Origin: Armatimonadota bacterium
GTDB lineage: Bacteria; Sysuimicrobiota; Sysuimicrobiia; Sysuimicrobiales; Humicultoraceae
Assembly (NCBI GenBank): GCA_052386995.1
Contig: JBQTJP010000238.1
Location: forward strand, 1-25,436
Direction: 5' to 3'
DNA: 25,436 nucleotides
Shown here in pieces: positions 1 through 8,331 of this stretch; the stretch's first letter is position 1; each line of letters starts with the position of its first letter. The position numbers and the translations under genes were made by a program. The notes below the pieces were generated by a model, which had not been told where the DNA came from, did no database searches, and worked only from the letters and a program-made list of their open reading frames with translations.

Positions 1-13
1 GGGTGAAGGGTTC

Positions 14-592
14 ATGCCGCGGACGGACAGCGTGTACGAGCTCCCCGAGAATATTCCGGTGCCGGTCGATGACGGCGCGTGCGCGCATCTCCCCGGAATG
101 CGCATCCCGGCGCTGGCCTTGATGTCGACATCGGGGCGCCTGGTGGACCTCGCGGCCCTCCCTGGGAGGCACGTGGTGTACTGCTATCCGCGGACGGGCA
201 GACCGGACGTGGAGCCGCCAAAGGGATGGAATGAGATCCCGGGCGCTCGAGGGTGCACACCGCAGTCCTGCGCTTTTCGCGACCATTATCAAGATCTTCG
301 GGCCCTGGGGGCCGGCGTTCTGGGACTCAGCACCCAAACCACGGACGATCAGCGCGAAGCCGCCCAACGGCTGCGACTGCCCTTCGAGCTGTTGAGCGAT
401 GAGCGGCTGGAGTTTGCGCGCGCGCTGCGCTTGCCCACGTTTCAGATCGAGTCGATCATCTGCATCAAGCGGCTGACGCTCCTCATCAGTGACGGCAGGA
501 TTGAAACGGTGTTCTATCCGGTGTTTCCGCCGGACAAGAACGCCGGCGAAGCTCTGGCGTGGCTCTCACGTCGGGGAGAGCGGCCAGCCTGA
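14..592 (+). CDS. Peroxiredoxin, BCP/PrxQ-like (AhpC/TSA/redoxin fold)
   Basis: VVYCYP...GARGCTPQSCAFRD (CxxxxC), LGLSTQ, LPFELLSD and KRLTLLI motifs; GAAGGG just upstream of ATG 14. Confidence 0.9.
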   Translation: MPRTDSVYELPENIPVPVDDGACAHLPGMRIPALALMSTSGRLVDLAALPGRHVVYCYPRTGRPDVEPPKGWNEIPGARGCTPQSCAFRDHYQDLRALGAGVLGLSTQTTDDQREAAQRLRLPFELLSDERLEFARALRLPTFQIESIICIKRLTLLISDGRIETVFYPVFPPDKNAGEALAWLSRRGERPA

Positions 593-1186
593 CACCAGCA
601 GCTTCGCGCGTTCGTAGTCCTCGGGCGTATTGATGTTGTCGAAGCTTCGTAGCGCCGGGTCCCACTCTCGCAGCGTCCACTCCGGCACCTGGCAGACGCG
701 CAGGCTCGGAGCGGCGAGGAGGTCGTGCAGCGAGCGTGCGCCTCCCCGCAGGACCGCTTCGGCCGGGTGGCCTACGGTCCGTCCGTAGACCGCGCACAGC
801 GGCTGCGCATGTCCGGACACTGTCGGCACTATGGCATCCCATCCGGCACGCGCGAGCCCGGCCAGGCCGAGGAGAAGAGCCGGCTCGACGAATGGCAGGT
901 CGCACGCGATCACCGCGGCGTAGCGTGTGGTGACCACCTCCAAACCGGTGGCCAGCCCCGCAAGCGGCCCCCAGCCCGGCCACCGGTCGCCGATCACCTT
1001 GACGCCACAGCCGGCGCAGTCGGGGGCGTCGCGCGCCACGACGATAACTTCGGCGCACACCTGCCCGATGCGTCTGGCGACCCACGCGACCAGCGAGGTG
1101 CCGCCAAACGGCAGGCTCGCCTTGTCCCGCCCCATCCGGCGGCTCTGCCCTCCGGCAAGCACGATCCCGCTCAGGCGGTCGACCAT
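566..1186 (-). CDS. mobA: Molybdenum cofactor guanylyltransferase
   Basis: LAGGQSRRMGRDKA, GPLAG, ACDLP, QPLCAVY and NINTPED motifs. Start moved to ATG 1186 because AGGAGGT lies 7 nt upstream. Confidence 0.92.
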   Translation of the reverse strand: MVDRLSGIVLAGGQSRRMGRDKASLPFGGTSLVAWVARRIGQVCAEVIVVARDAPDCAGCGVKVIGDRWPGWGPLAGLATGLEVVTTRYAAVIACDLPFVEPALLLGLAGLARAGWDAIVPTVSGHAQPLCAVYGRTVGHPAEAVLRGGARSLHDLLAAPSLRVCQVPEWTLREWDPALRSFDNINTPEDYERAKLLVSGWPLSPT

Positions 1187-1267
1187 CGCAACCACCTCCT
1201 TCGCGGTCACGCCGGCCTCCCCATGCCTCGCCGGGAAGGGGGAGGGGGTCAGGGGCCCCGCGGCGGG

Positions 1268-1273
1268 TATCCT
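1268..1273 (+). promoter_or_regulatory. Candidate -10 box (TATCCT) for a leaderless transcript of the HEAT gene
   Basis: TANNNT hexamer 8 nt before ATG 1282, in an AT-rich patch (TATCCTTTATATGAATG); no adjacent Shine-Dalgarno. Confidence 0.4.
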
Positions 1274-1281
1274 TTATATGA

Positions 1282-3378
1282 ATGCAGGTCGTTGAGCCCA
1301 AAGCACGGGCGGTGGAACGACTCCTGAGGGCACTCGGTGGGGCAATCAAGACCCAGGCCCTCTATCCGCTGCCCCATCCGGTGACGTCGCGGGCCGTTGC
1401 GAGTCTCCTGGCGGCGCTACGTCCGTTCATGGAGACGCACGGGGCCTTCGGCGCCCGCGTGACCAAGCATGCCTTGTCCGTCGGGGGCGTACCCTACAAA
1501 GGCGAGGCGCAGGCCAATCTCGCGCTGTTCCTTTATACGCGCAAGGTCTCCTACATCAAGATCATGCCCGCGGTGAGCGAGGAGGCCCTTGCGGCCTTCG
1601 TGTCGATCGTGGGCATGGACCGCGCCGGCCTGGAGGCAGCGGGCGGGGCGAGGCGGCTCCTGCGTGAATCGGGCGTCGGCAACATTCAAGTCGTCGAGCT
1701 CGCCCTGGAAGAAGAGCTCGCACCCGAGCCGTTCGATCTCAACGCCGTCTTTGATCTGCTCAGCCGCGGCCGGCTGGCACCCCAAGAGCGCGAGCGCGTT
1801 ATCGAGATTCTGCGCGCCGGTCCCGCGCCGGCGGGACAGCTGCTGGAGCACCTCTATATCATGACCGGCATCGAAGAACTCAGCGGGGACCAGCAGGCGC
1901 TGCAGGTCTACCGGCTGATCCAGAGCCTGGACCGGCTGGTGCTCGATGAGCCGTTCGAGGATCAGCCCGCTCTCTATTCGTCTTTGGCCAAGGCGCACAT
2001 TCTGGTTCGCGAGCCCCTGCGTGCGCTGCTTAGACAGGCGCTGATCGTACGCGAAGGGGGGGACCTTGCCGCCCGTCTGTTGGGCGAGCACCTGGAGGAT
2101 CGGGAGCTTGCGCAGCTTGCCGAAGGGTGGCTGTCCCCAGGAGACGTCGCAGAGCAGGTTCGCGCCTTTCTTCAGGCCGTATGCGCCGATCCTCAGAAGG
2201 CCAAAGCCGTTCTGTCGCTGCTCGACGTCGGGCTCCGCCGTCCCGATCAGGCTCCGGGATGGTTGACCGCGGCCGTCTGGCCGCAAATCCAGTCGAGCCC
2301 GCCACGTAATCCTAGGATCGCGGCTCCGCTTGAAGCGGGGACCGCGATCGGCCGCGACCCGCTCCTGTCCGGCGCCGTGGAGTCCCCTTCCCTCGACGAG
2401 GCCGGCGTGGTTCGGGACGTGACCACGACGATGGTGGACGTCCTGCGCCACGAACCGGACGATCGGGAACTCATCAATGTGGCCGACGACCTCATGGGTC
2501 TCCTGTCGCGGCTCGTGGATTGCCGGGAGTTTGACTGTCTGGCATCGAGCCTCGGCCAGATCAAGGAGATGGCGTCCGCGGGTAACGGAAACCGCAACAA
2601 AACGGCTGCCGCCATTCTCAAGAAGGTGACCGAAGGAGTGTTCCTCGACGGTCTGCTGGCCGCGTTGTGGGAGGCGAGGGAGACGTCCACCGAGGCCACC
2701 ATCCGTTCGTGTCTCGAGGTGCTCTCCGCCGACCTGGTGGCCCCGCTGCTGCGCGTGTTGGGCGGCGAGCCCCGCAGCACGATGCGCGCCATGCTCTGCG
2801 ACCTTTTGGTCCGCGTAGGCGGCCAGAACGTCGACCAGCTGGGCGCCCTTGTCGAGGATCCCCGATGGTATCTGGTCCGCAACGTCGTGAATGTGCTGGG
2901 ACGGCTGCACAACCCGCGTGCCGTTGCGCATCTCCGCCGCCTCTTCGGCCATGCCGACTACCGGGTGCGCCGCGAGGCGGTGATGGCGCTCGCGTTCATC
3001 GACACGGAAGAAGCGCAGACGGCCCTCGCGACCTTCCTCGACGATCCCGACGAGCGCATCCGGATCCGGGCCATGCAGTCGCTCGCCATTCCCCGCGCGT
3101 GGCTGGCGATGCCACAGCTCTTCGCCCTGCTTGAGCGCCGTGACTTTTTCAACCGCACGTTCGCGCTCAAACGATCGGCGCTCGAGGTCCTCGTGCGGCT
3201 GGGAGCCAGGCAAAGCCTGCCGGTGATCAAGCGGCTCGCGGGCGCGTGGCTCGTCTTCGGTCACCGCGGTCGCGAGCTGCGTCGCCTTGCGCGCGTGGCT
3301 GCGGGAATCATCGAGGGGGAGCGGCCGGCTCAGGACCGTGCGCTGCTCTCCAGCGGACGAGGTGGGGACTGGTCGTGA
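1282..3378 (+). CDS. HEAT-repeat domain protein (698 aa) with an uncharacterised N-terminal domain
   Basis: C-terminal HEAT/PBS-lyase-like repeats: DPRWYLVRNVVNVLG, HADYRVRREAVMALA, DPDERIRIRAMQSL. Confidence 0.85.
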   Translation: MQVVEPKARAVERLLRALGGAIKTQALYPLPHPVTSRAVASLLAALRPFMETHGAFGARVTKHALSVGGVPYKGEAQANLALFLYTRKVSYIKIMPAVSEEALAAFVSIVGMDRAGLEAAGGARRLLRESGVGNIQVVELALEEELAPEPFDLNAVFDLLSRGRLAPQERERVIEILRAGPAPAGQLLEHLYIMTGIEELSGDQQALQVYRLIQSLDRLVLDEPFEDQPALYSSLAKAHILVREPLRALLRQALIVREGGDLAARLLGEHLEDRELAQLAEGWLSPGDVAEQVRAFLQAVCADPQKAKAVLSLLDVGLRRPDQAPGWLTAAVWPQIQSSPPRNPRIAAPLEAGTAIGRDPLLSGAVESPSLDEAGVVRDVTTTMVDVLRHEPDDRELINVADDLMGLLSRLVDCREFDCLASSLGQIKEMASAGNGNRNKTAAAILKKVTEGVFLDGLLAALWEARETSTEATIRSCLEVLSADLVAPLLRVLGGEPRSTMRAMLCDLLVRVGGQNVDQLGALVEDPRWYLVRNVVNVLGRLHNPRAVAHLRRLFGHADYRVRREAVMALAFIDTEEAQTALATFLDDPDERIRIRAMQSLAIPRAWLAMPQLFALLERRDFFNRTFALKRSALEVLVRLGARQSLPVIKRLAGAWLVFGHRGRELRRLARVAAGIIEGERPAQDRALLSSGRGGDWS

Positions 3379-4748
3379 GACGTCCGGGTGAGATTCTTCG
3401 TGGACTGTCCCGGGCGCGCCAATCGACGGCGCTCTACGGGGCCGAGCACCCCGTGCCGGCGCGAACGATCGACGACGTACAGCGCGTCATTGATGAGATC
3501 CTCGGGGATCAACCCTTCCTGCGTCTGATCATTCACGAGGACACGTTCTATCTCGGCAAGGCGGTCCTCATGGAAGAGAGCCTCCGGCTTTCACCGCTCC
3601 TGAGCGATCTGCGCGACCATGAGATCGGCAGCATCGAGCTGCAGGCTGGTCTCGAGTCCTGGGAGCTCGGCTTCCTGATCGAGGCGCTCAACGCCCGCGC
3701 GGAGGACATCGCGCGCGAGGGAGGCGTCGCCGCGCGGCTGGCGCAGAAGGGTGTCCGCCACATCCTCGTGGGCACCGCCCGCCCCGTCGTAGCCGAGGAG
3801 CTGGCGGAGGTCAGGGTCGAGGCACGGGATGTCTACCGGGCGGCGCTGGGCGTCGTCGATGATCTGTACTTTAGGGCATCGCGCGATCTGCCGCTCGACG
3901 TCAGGAAGGCCAGCATGGTGGTGGCCTCGTTCATCGACCTGCTGACCGAGGACAGAGCCGCCCTGCTAGGCGTGGCTGTCCTCAAACACTACGACGAGGA
4001 CACGTACCACCACTGCGTCAAGGTCGCCATCCTGTCGTTGATGATGGGACAGCAACTCCAGCTGGATCGCTCGCTCCTGACGACGCTGGGCCTGGCGGCG
4101 CTGCTGCACGACATCGGCAAGGTTCGGGTCCCGCAGGAGATCCTCACCAAGGCGGGTGTGTTGACGGCCGACGAGCGCGAGATCGTCAAGCGGCACACGC
4201 TCCACGGCGCGCACCTGCTGCGCAGCCTCTCGGGCCTCACCAGGCTCGCCAGAGTGGTGGCCTTCGAGCACCATGTGAACTTCAACCTCTCCGGCTATCC
4301 CCGCATCGTGGCCAAGGAGACGCCGCACCTGCTCACACGCATCGTGCAGCCGGCGGAAGTCTTCGATGCGGTGACGTCCTCCCGGCGGCCGTACCGGCGC
4401 CCGATGCTCCCGCACGAGGGCATGAAGCTGGTCCTCGACGCGGCCGGCACGCTTTTCGATCCGGCGCTGGTGCGAGCGTTTGAGCGCGTGATGGGCGTCT
4501 ATCCTGTCGGGTCTGTGGTCGAGCTGGATTCGGGCGAACTCGCGGTGGTGGTCCGCCCTGGGGATCAGGACACGGCCCGCCCGGTGATCAGAATTGTCAC
4601 AAACGCGTCCAGGACGCCCGTTCCGGCCTTTGCGGTAAATCTCCTCGAGCAGGACGACCGACAGATCGTTCGCGCAGTGGATCCTGGGGAAGCGCCGGGA
4701 GATGGCGCCCTGGTCTCCGACGCGCTGACCTCAGAAGCCACGGCCTGA
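3375..4748 (+). CDS. HD-GYP domain phosphodiesterase (putative cyclic dinucleotide PDE)
   Basis: YHHCVKVA, LLHDIGK, HH..SGYP, FDA..SRRPYR, FDPALV and C-terminal YPVGSVVEL. GTG 3375 overlaps the upstream TGA (GTGA), with GAGGTG upstream. Confidence 0.9.
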   Translation: MRRPGEILRGLSRARQSTALYGAEHPVPARTIDDVQRVIDEILGDQPFLRLIIHEDTFYLGKAVLMEESLRLSPLLSDLRDHEIGSIELQAGLESWELGFLIEALNARAEDIAREGGVAARLAQKGVRHILVGTARPVVAEELAEVRVEARDVYRAALGVVDDLYFRASRDLPLDVRKASMVVASFIDLLTEDRAALLGVAVLKHYDEDTYHHCVKVAILSLMMGQQLQLDRSLLTTLGLAALLHDIGKVRVPQEILTKAGVLTADEREIVKRHTLHGAHLLRSLSGLTRLARVVAFEHHVNFNLSGYPRIVAKETPHLLTRIVQPAEVFDAVTSSRRPYRRPMLPHEGMKLVLDAAGTLFDPALVRAFERVMGVYPVGSVVELDSGELAVVVRPGDQDTARPVIRIVTNASRTPVPAFAVNLLEQDDRQIVRAVDPGEAPGDGALVSDALTSEATA

Positions 4749-4755
4749 GTCCGGT

Positions 4756-4788
4756 CAAGATCACCACATGGTCGATGCCGGTAATCAC
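4756..4788 (-). pseudogene. N-terminal remnant of a VOC/glyoxalase-family gene
   Basis: AGAAGG + 6 nt + GTG encoding MITGIDHVVIL directly after the tctA stop; similarity is lost as the frame runs antisense into the HD-GYP gene. Confidence 0.6.
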
Positions 4789-4807
4789 GCGACGCCTTCT
4801 GTGGACC

Positions 4808-6787
4808 TCAACGGAAGATCAGACCCGGCGGCCAGCGCAGGTCGAGCGCCACGCCGAGCAGATAGAAGGTTCCCAGCGCGAGTGCCGAGTATGCCGCGGC
4901 CCCGATCGGGCGCATCCGCGCCACGCGGGTGAGGAAGAGCAGGAGAAAGGCAAGGGAGGCAATGAGAAATCCCACCAGCCAGATGAGCAGCGCATACCCC
5001 GCAATCAGTAAAAACTGCTGGAGCTCAGCGCTCATGGGGCCCGTGATCTCTCCCTCATCGCCGTCCGCGTCGGCGCCGGACCCGTCAGCGGGTGCCCCGC
5101 CCGCCGGCGGATGTTCGCCCCGCAGCGCCCGTAAGAGCTGAATGCCGCCCAGGGCCGCGCCGGGGATGGCCGCCGCAAGCGGCAACAATCGCGCGTCGTA
5201 ATCGAACCGCCATCCCAGCCACACGGCCGTCGCAAAGCAGAGCAGCGCCGCCGCGCTCATCGCCACGCCGAGCCACGACCGTGTCGGAACACCGGAGGCC
5301 ATCGCGTGCGCGGGGTGCGGCTGACGGCGCCTCCGCAGCCAGCGCACCGTGTCCCACACGAGTGGCGCGACGAGGAGCGCCCCGATGGCAAGCACGCTCG
5401 GATAGGCGAGCCAGCGCCAATCGTGCAGCTTGACCGTCAGCCAGAAATACCGCTCCATGGGCCTGGCGAGCACGAAGCCGATCAGGAGTGGCGCGCGCGG
5501 CCATCCGCTGCGTTTCATCGCCCAGCCCAAGAGGCCCAGCAGCACCAGGGCGACGAAATCGCCCACGTGGCGGGTCGTCTGATAGGCCCCGAGGACCATG
5601 GCAATGAGAAGCGGCGGTGCGATCAGCGCGAAGCGAACGTGCGTGACGCGGGCCAGAACGGGACTGATGGCAAAGCAGAGCGCCGCGCCGATGATGTTGG
5701 CCAGAGCGTAGCTCCAAACAATGACGTAGACGATATCGAGGTGCTCCTGGACCATTCGTGGACCCGGGAAGATGCCGTACGCATAAAGCGCGCCCAGGAT
5801 GATCGCCGCCGCCGGTCCGCCCGGCACGCTGAAGAGCAGCGTTGGGATCAGGTCGCCTGCCGCGGCCGCGTTGTTGGCGCTCTCCGGCGCAATGATGCCG
5901 CGGATCTCGCCCTTCCCGAATCTGCGACGGTCTGCGGTCGTGGCGACGGCGTGTCCGTAGCTCATCCACGCTGCCGCGGTGGCGCCAATCGCCGGAAGGA
6001 CGCCGGCCCAGATGCCGATGAACGTGCCCCGCAGCAGCAACCACCGATGCTCGATGACATCCCGCACGCCGTCCATCCAGCCGCGGCCCACTCCGGCCTC
6101 TGCCGAGATCGCGCCTCCGCGGGCGAGCAGGGACACACACTCGGCGATCCCAAAGACGCCCAGCGCAATCACGACCAGCGATAGGCCGTCCATCAGATAC
6201 AGCTGCCGGAAGATGTATCGAAACTCCGCCGCGGCCGGCGCAGGCCCGATCAGGCCCAGGAGCACGCCGAGCAGGCCGGCCAGCAGCCCCTTCACGCGCG
6301 ATGCCCCCAGCAGGCTGCCCGCGTAGGTGACCCCCAGCGCGGTGAACATGAAGAGCTCAGGGGATCCCAGCAGCATGACGACCGGCCTGGCTATGGGGAT
6401 TGAAAGCGTCAGCCCGAGGATACCGAGAAAGCCACCCACCAGCGACGACAAGAACGCCGCCGAGAGTGCTCGCGCCGCCTGCCCCTGGCGCGCCATGGCG
6501 TGACCTTCGATCGCGGTCGGGGCCGATGCCGGCGAGCCCGGGGTTCCCACCAGCACCGAGGTGATTGTGTCGGAGGTGTAGACGACCGCGAGCGCGCCCG
6601 TCAGCATGGCGAGCGCCGTCGGCGCATCGAACCTGAAGATCACCGGGAGCAGGACCGAGACCGCCACGATCCCGCCGAGGCCGGGCATCATGCCGACAAC
6701 AAAGCCTGCCAGGACGCCGACCATGAGCAGGCCGAGGCGCTGCGGATCCGCGAAGACCGCCAGCGCCTGAACGGCCGCCTGCAGCAC
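4808..6787 (-). CDS. tctA: Tripartite tricarboxylate transporter permease TctA with fused C-terminal TctB-like domain
   Basis: MPGLGG, LVGTPGSPAS, IAPESANNA, IPTLLFSVPG and GIFPGP motifs; about 165 extra C-terminal residues with ~4 hydrophobic helices; GTG abuts the upstream TAG. Confidence 0.9.
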   Translation of the reverse strand: MLQAAVQALAVFADPQRLGLLMVGVLAGFVVGMMPGLGGIVAVSVLLPVIFRFDAPTALAMLTGALAVVYTSDTITSVLVGTPGSPASAPTAIEGHAMARQGQAARALSAAFLSSLVGGFLGILGLTLSIPIARPVVMLLGSPELFMFTALGVTYAGSLLGASRVKGLLAGLLGVLLGLIGPAPAAAEFRYIFRQLYLMDGLSLVVIALGVFGIAECVSLLARGGAISAEAGVGRGWMDGVRDVIEHRWLLLRGTFIGIWAGVLPAIGATAAAWMSYGHAVATTADRRRFGKGEIRGIIAPESANNAAAAGDLIPTLLFSVPGGPAAAIILGALYAYGIFPGPRMVQEHLDIVYVIVWSYALANIIGAALCFAISPVLARVTHVRFALIAPPLLIAMVLGAYQTTRHVGDFVALVLLGLLGWAMKRSGWPRAPLLIGFVLARPMERYFWLTVKLHDWRWLAYPSVLAIGALLVAPLVWDTVRWLRRRRQPHPAHAMASGVPTRSWLGVAMSAAALLCFATAVWLGWRFDYDARLLPLAAAIPGAALGGIQLLRALRGEHPPAGGAPADGSGADADGDEGEITGPMSAELQQFLLIAGYALLIWLVGFLIASLAFLLLFLTRVARMRPIGAAAYSALALGTFYLLGVALDLRWPPGLIFR

Positions 6788-7891
6788 CTAGAGGCGGACT
6801 CCGTACTTCTCGCGGAGCAGATCTATGATGTACTTGCGGACATCCAGCGTGGGGCGCATCGCCTTCTGCACGCCGGCCTCAACCTTGTCGCCGCGTACGA
6901 CCGGATAGCCGCCGGTGACGGACTTCGCACGTTCCTGAAATTCTCTGTCGGCATTCATCCGGTCGACCGCCTCGTTGATCGCGCGTAGCGCGTCCGGCGA
7001 AGTCCCTTCCGGGGCCCACCAGATCAGGCCGTAGGTGAAAGTCAGGGCGGCCGCGGCTTCATAGGCCCGCCAGCGGGGTCCCGCCGGCCTGTTATTGTAC
7101 AGTTCCCTGTACACCTCAAACACGGAAGACAGCTGCGGCACCACGGGATCGCGCAGGATCAACTCCCCCCGCTCGTTCGGCGCCCCGCCTGTCATGATAG
7201 GGATCGCCTTCCGCTCGTTGACCAGAGGCACGACCTGCGTGAGGTAGACGGGCGTGAACTGGAAGTCGAAGTTGGTCTCGCCACGCTCGAAGGCCAGCCG
7301 GATGGGGCCGCGTCCCTCGAATCCCAGCACGACTTTGATGTCCAGTTTCAGCAGCTCGAAGGCGATGAGGATCGGAAGATCGCTGCCCGTGGCGGCGATG
7401 CCACCGTAGGTCAGCCGCTCGGTCGGCTTCAGCAGGTCGGCAGGCCGCCGGATGCCGGTGCGAGGTGCGGCGTAGACGACCGGCCCGAAGGCGAGCGTCA
7501 TGGCGACGCGCATCTTGCTCAGGTCGTACTGCGCGGAGGGGTGTCCGAACATCCAGGGAAAGATCGTGGACGATGTGGAGCACAGGAGCGTCAGGCCGTC
7601 GGGCTTCGCGTTGGCGGCGAAGGAGCTGGCGCCGAGCATCGAGCCGCCGCCGGGGATATTCCTGACCGTCACGCGCGGGTTACCGGCGAGGTGCTTCTCC
7701 ATGAACGGAGCGGCGAACCGTGCGCCGACGTCGGTGGCCCCGCCCGGCGCAAACGGGACGATGATCTCAATCGCCTTGCCCGCATAATAGGCGGCCTGGC
7801 TGACGGCCGGCGGAGCCTGCAGAGCCGCGGCGGCGGCGATGAACGCGATGACCGCCGCCGGCCGCCCCACGAAGTCTCGCATCCACCCCAT
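6788..7891 (-). CDS. Tripartite tricarboxylate transporter substrate-binding protein (TctC/Bug family)
   Basis: Signal peptide, IIVPFAPGGATD, NIPGGGS, KPDGLT and LAFERGE. Start moved to ATG 7891 (GGGAGG upstream). Confidence 0.88.
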   Translation of the reverse strand: MGWMRDFVGRPAAVIAFIAAAAALQAPPAVSQAAYYAGKAIEIIVPFAPGGATDVGARFAAPFMEKHLAGNPRVTVRNIPGGGSMLGASSFAANAKPDGLTLLCSTSSTIFPWMFGHPSAQYDLSKMRVAMTLAFGPVVYAAPRTGIRRPADLLKPTERLTYGGIAATGSDLPILIAFELLKLDIKVVLGFEGRGPIRLAFERGETNFDFQFTPVYLTQVVPLVNERKAIPIMTGGAPNERGELILRDPVVPQLSSVFEVYRELYNNRPAGPRWRAYEAAAALTFTYGLIWWAPEGTSPDALRAINEAVDRMNADREFQERAKSVTGGYPVVRGDKVEAGVQKAMRPTLDVRKYIIDLLREKYGVRL

Positions 7892-7907
7892 ACTGGGACC
7901 CTCCCGA

Positions 7908-8288
7908 TTACTTCGCCAGGACCTCGATGCGGATGGCCTCGACGGCATTGCGGAACGTGCTGCGTCCCACCCGCTTGCTCTTCACAAAGGTACCGATCAC
8001 GCGTACCCGCTGGCCGTTCTGGAGGCCTTTGGGCCGGCCGGCAAACACCGCCACCGACGCCCCGCCCGCCTGCAGGCGAAAGCCGGCATAAGGCGTGCCG
8101 CGGGCCGTGACGTGCGACTCGTAGCCCGCGATCGTGCCGCTCACTTTGACGACGTCATTATGATGGCCGCTCGGGTTCTGCGCGAGATCACGCACCGTGA
8201 CCTCAGTCACCGGGGCGGCCCGCGCGGGCGACGTGACGCAGACTACGGCCAGCCCGGCGGCGAGAATCCTGAGCACGCGCAGACGCAT
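7908..8288 (-). CDS. Exported small OB-fold-like protein
   Basis: Signal peptide ending ARA; V.DL..NP..H..DVVKVSGTI and GQRVRVIGTF beta pattern typical of OB folds. Confidence 0.7.
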   Translation of the reverse strand: MRLRVLRILAAGLAVVCVTSPARAAPVTEVTVRDLAQNPSGHHNDVVKVSGTIAGYESHVTARGTPYAGFRLQAGGASVAVFAGRPKGLQNGQRVRVIGTFVKSKRVGRSTFRNAVEAIRIEVLAK

Positions 8289-8331
8289 CGTGTTCGCGGG
8301 ATTCGAGGGCCTGCCGGGGAACTCCCCCCTG

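Noticed and set aside
1417..3264. 615-aa minus-strand ORF
   Set aside because: Antisense shadow of the HEAT gene; no motifs; expected in GC-rich DNA.
8300..8331. Terminator after the hybrid kinase (GGGGA/TCCCC dyad)
   Set aside because: Short stem with no U-tract on the minus strand.
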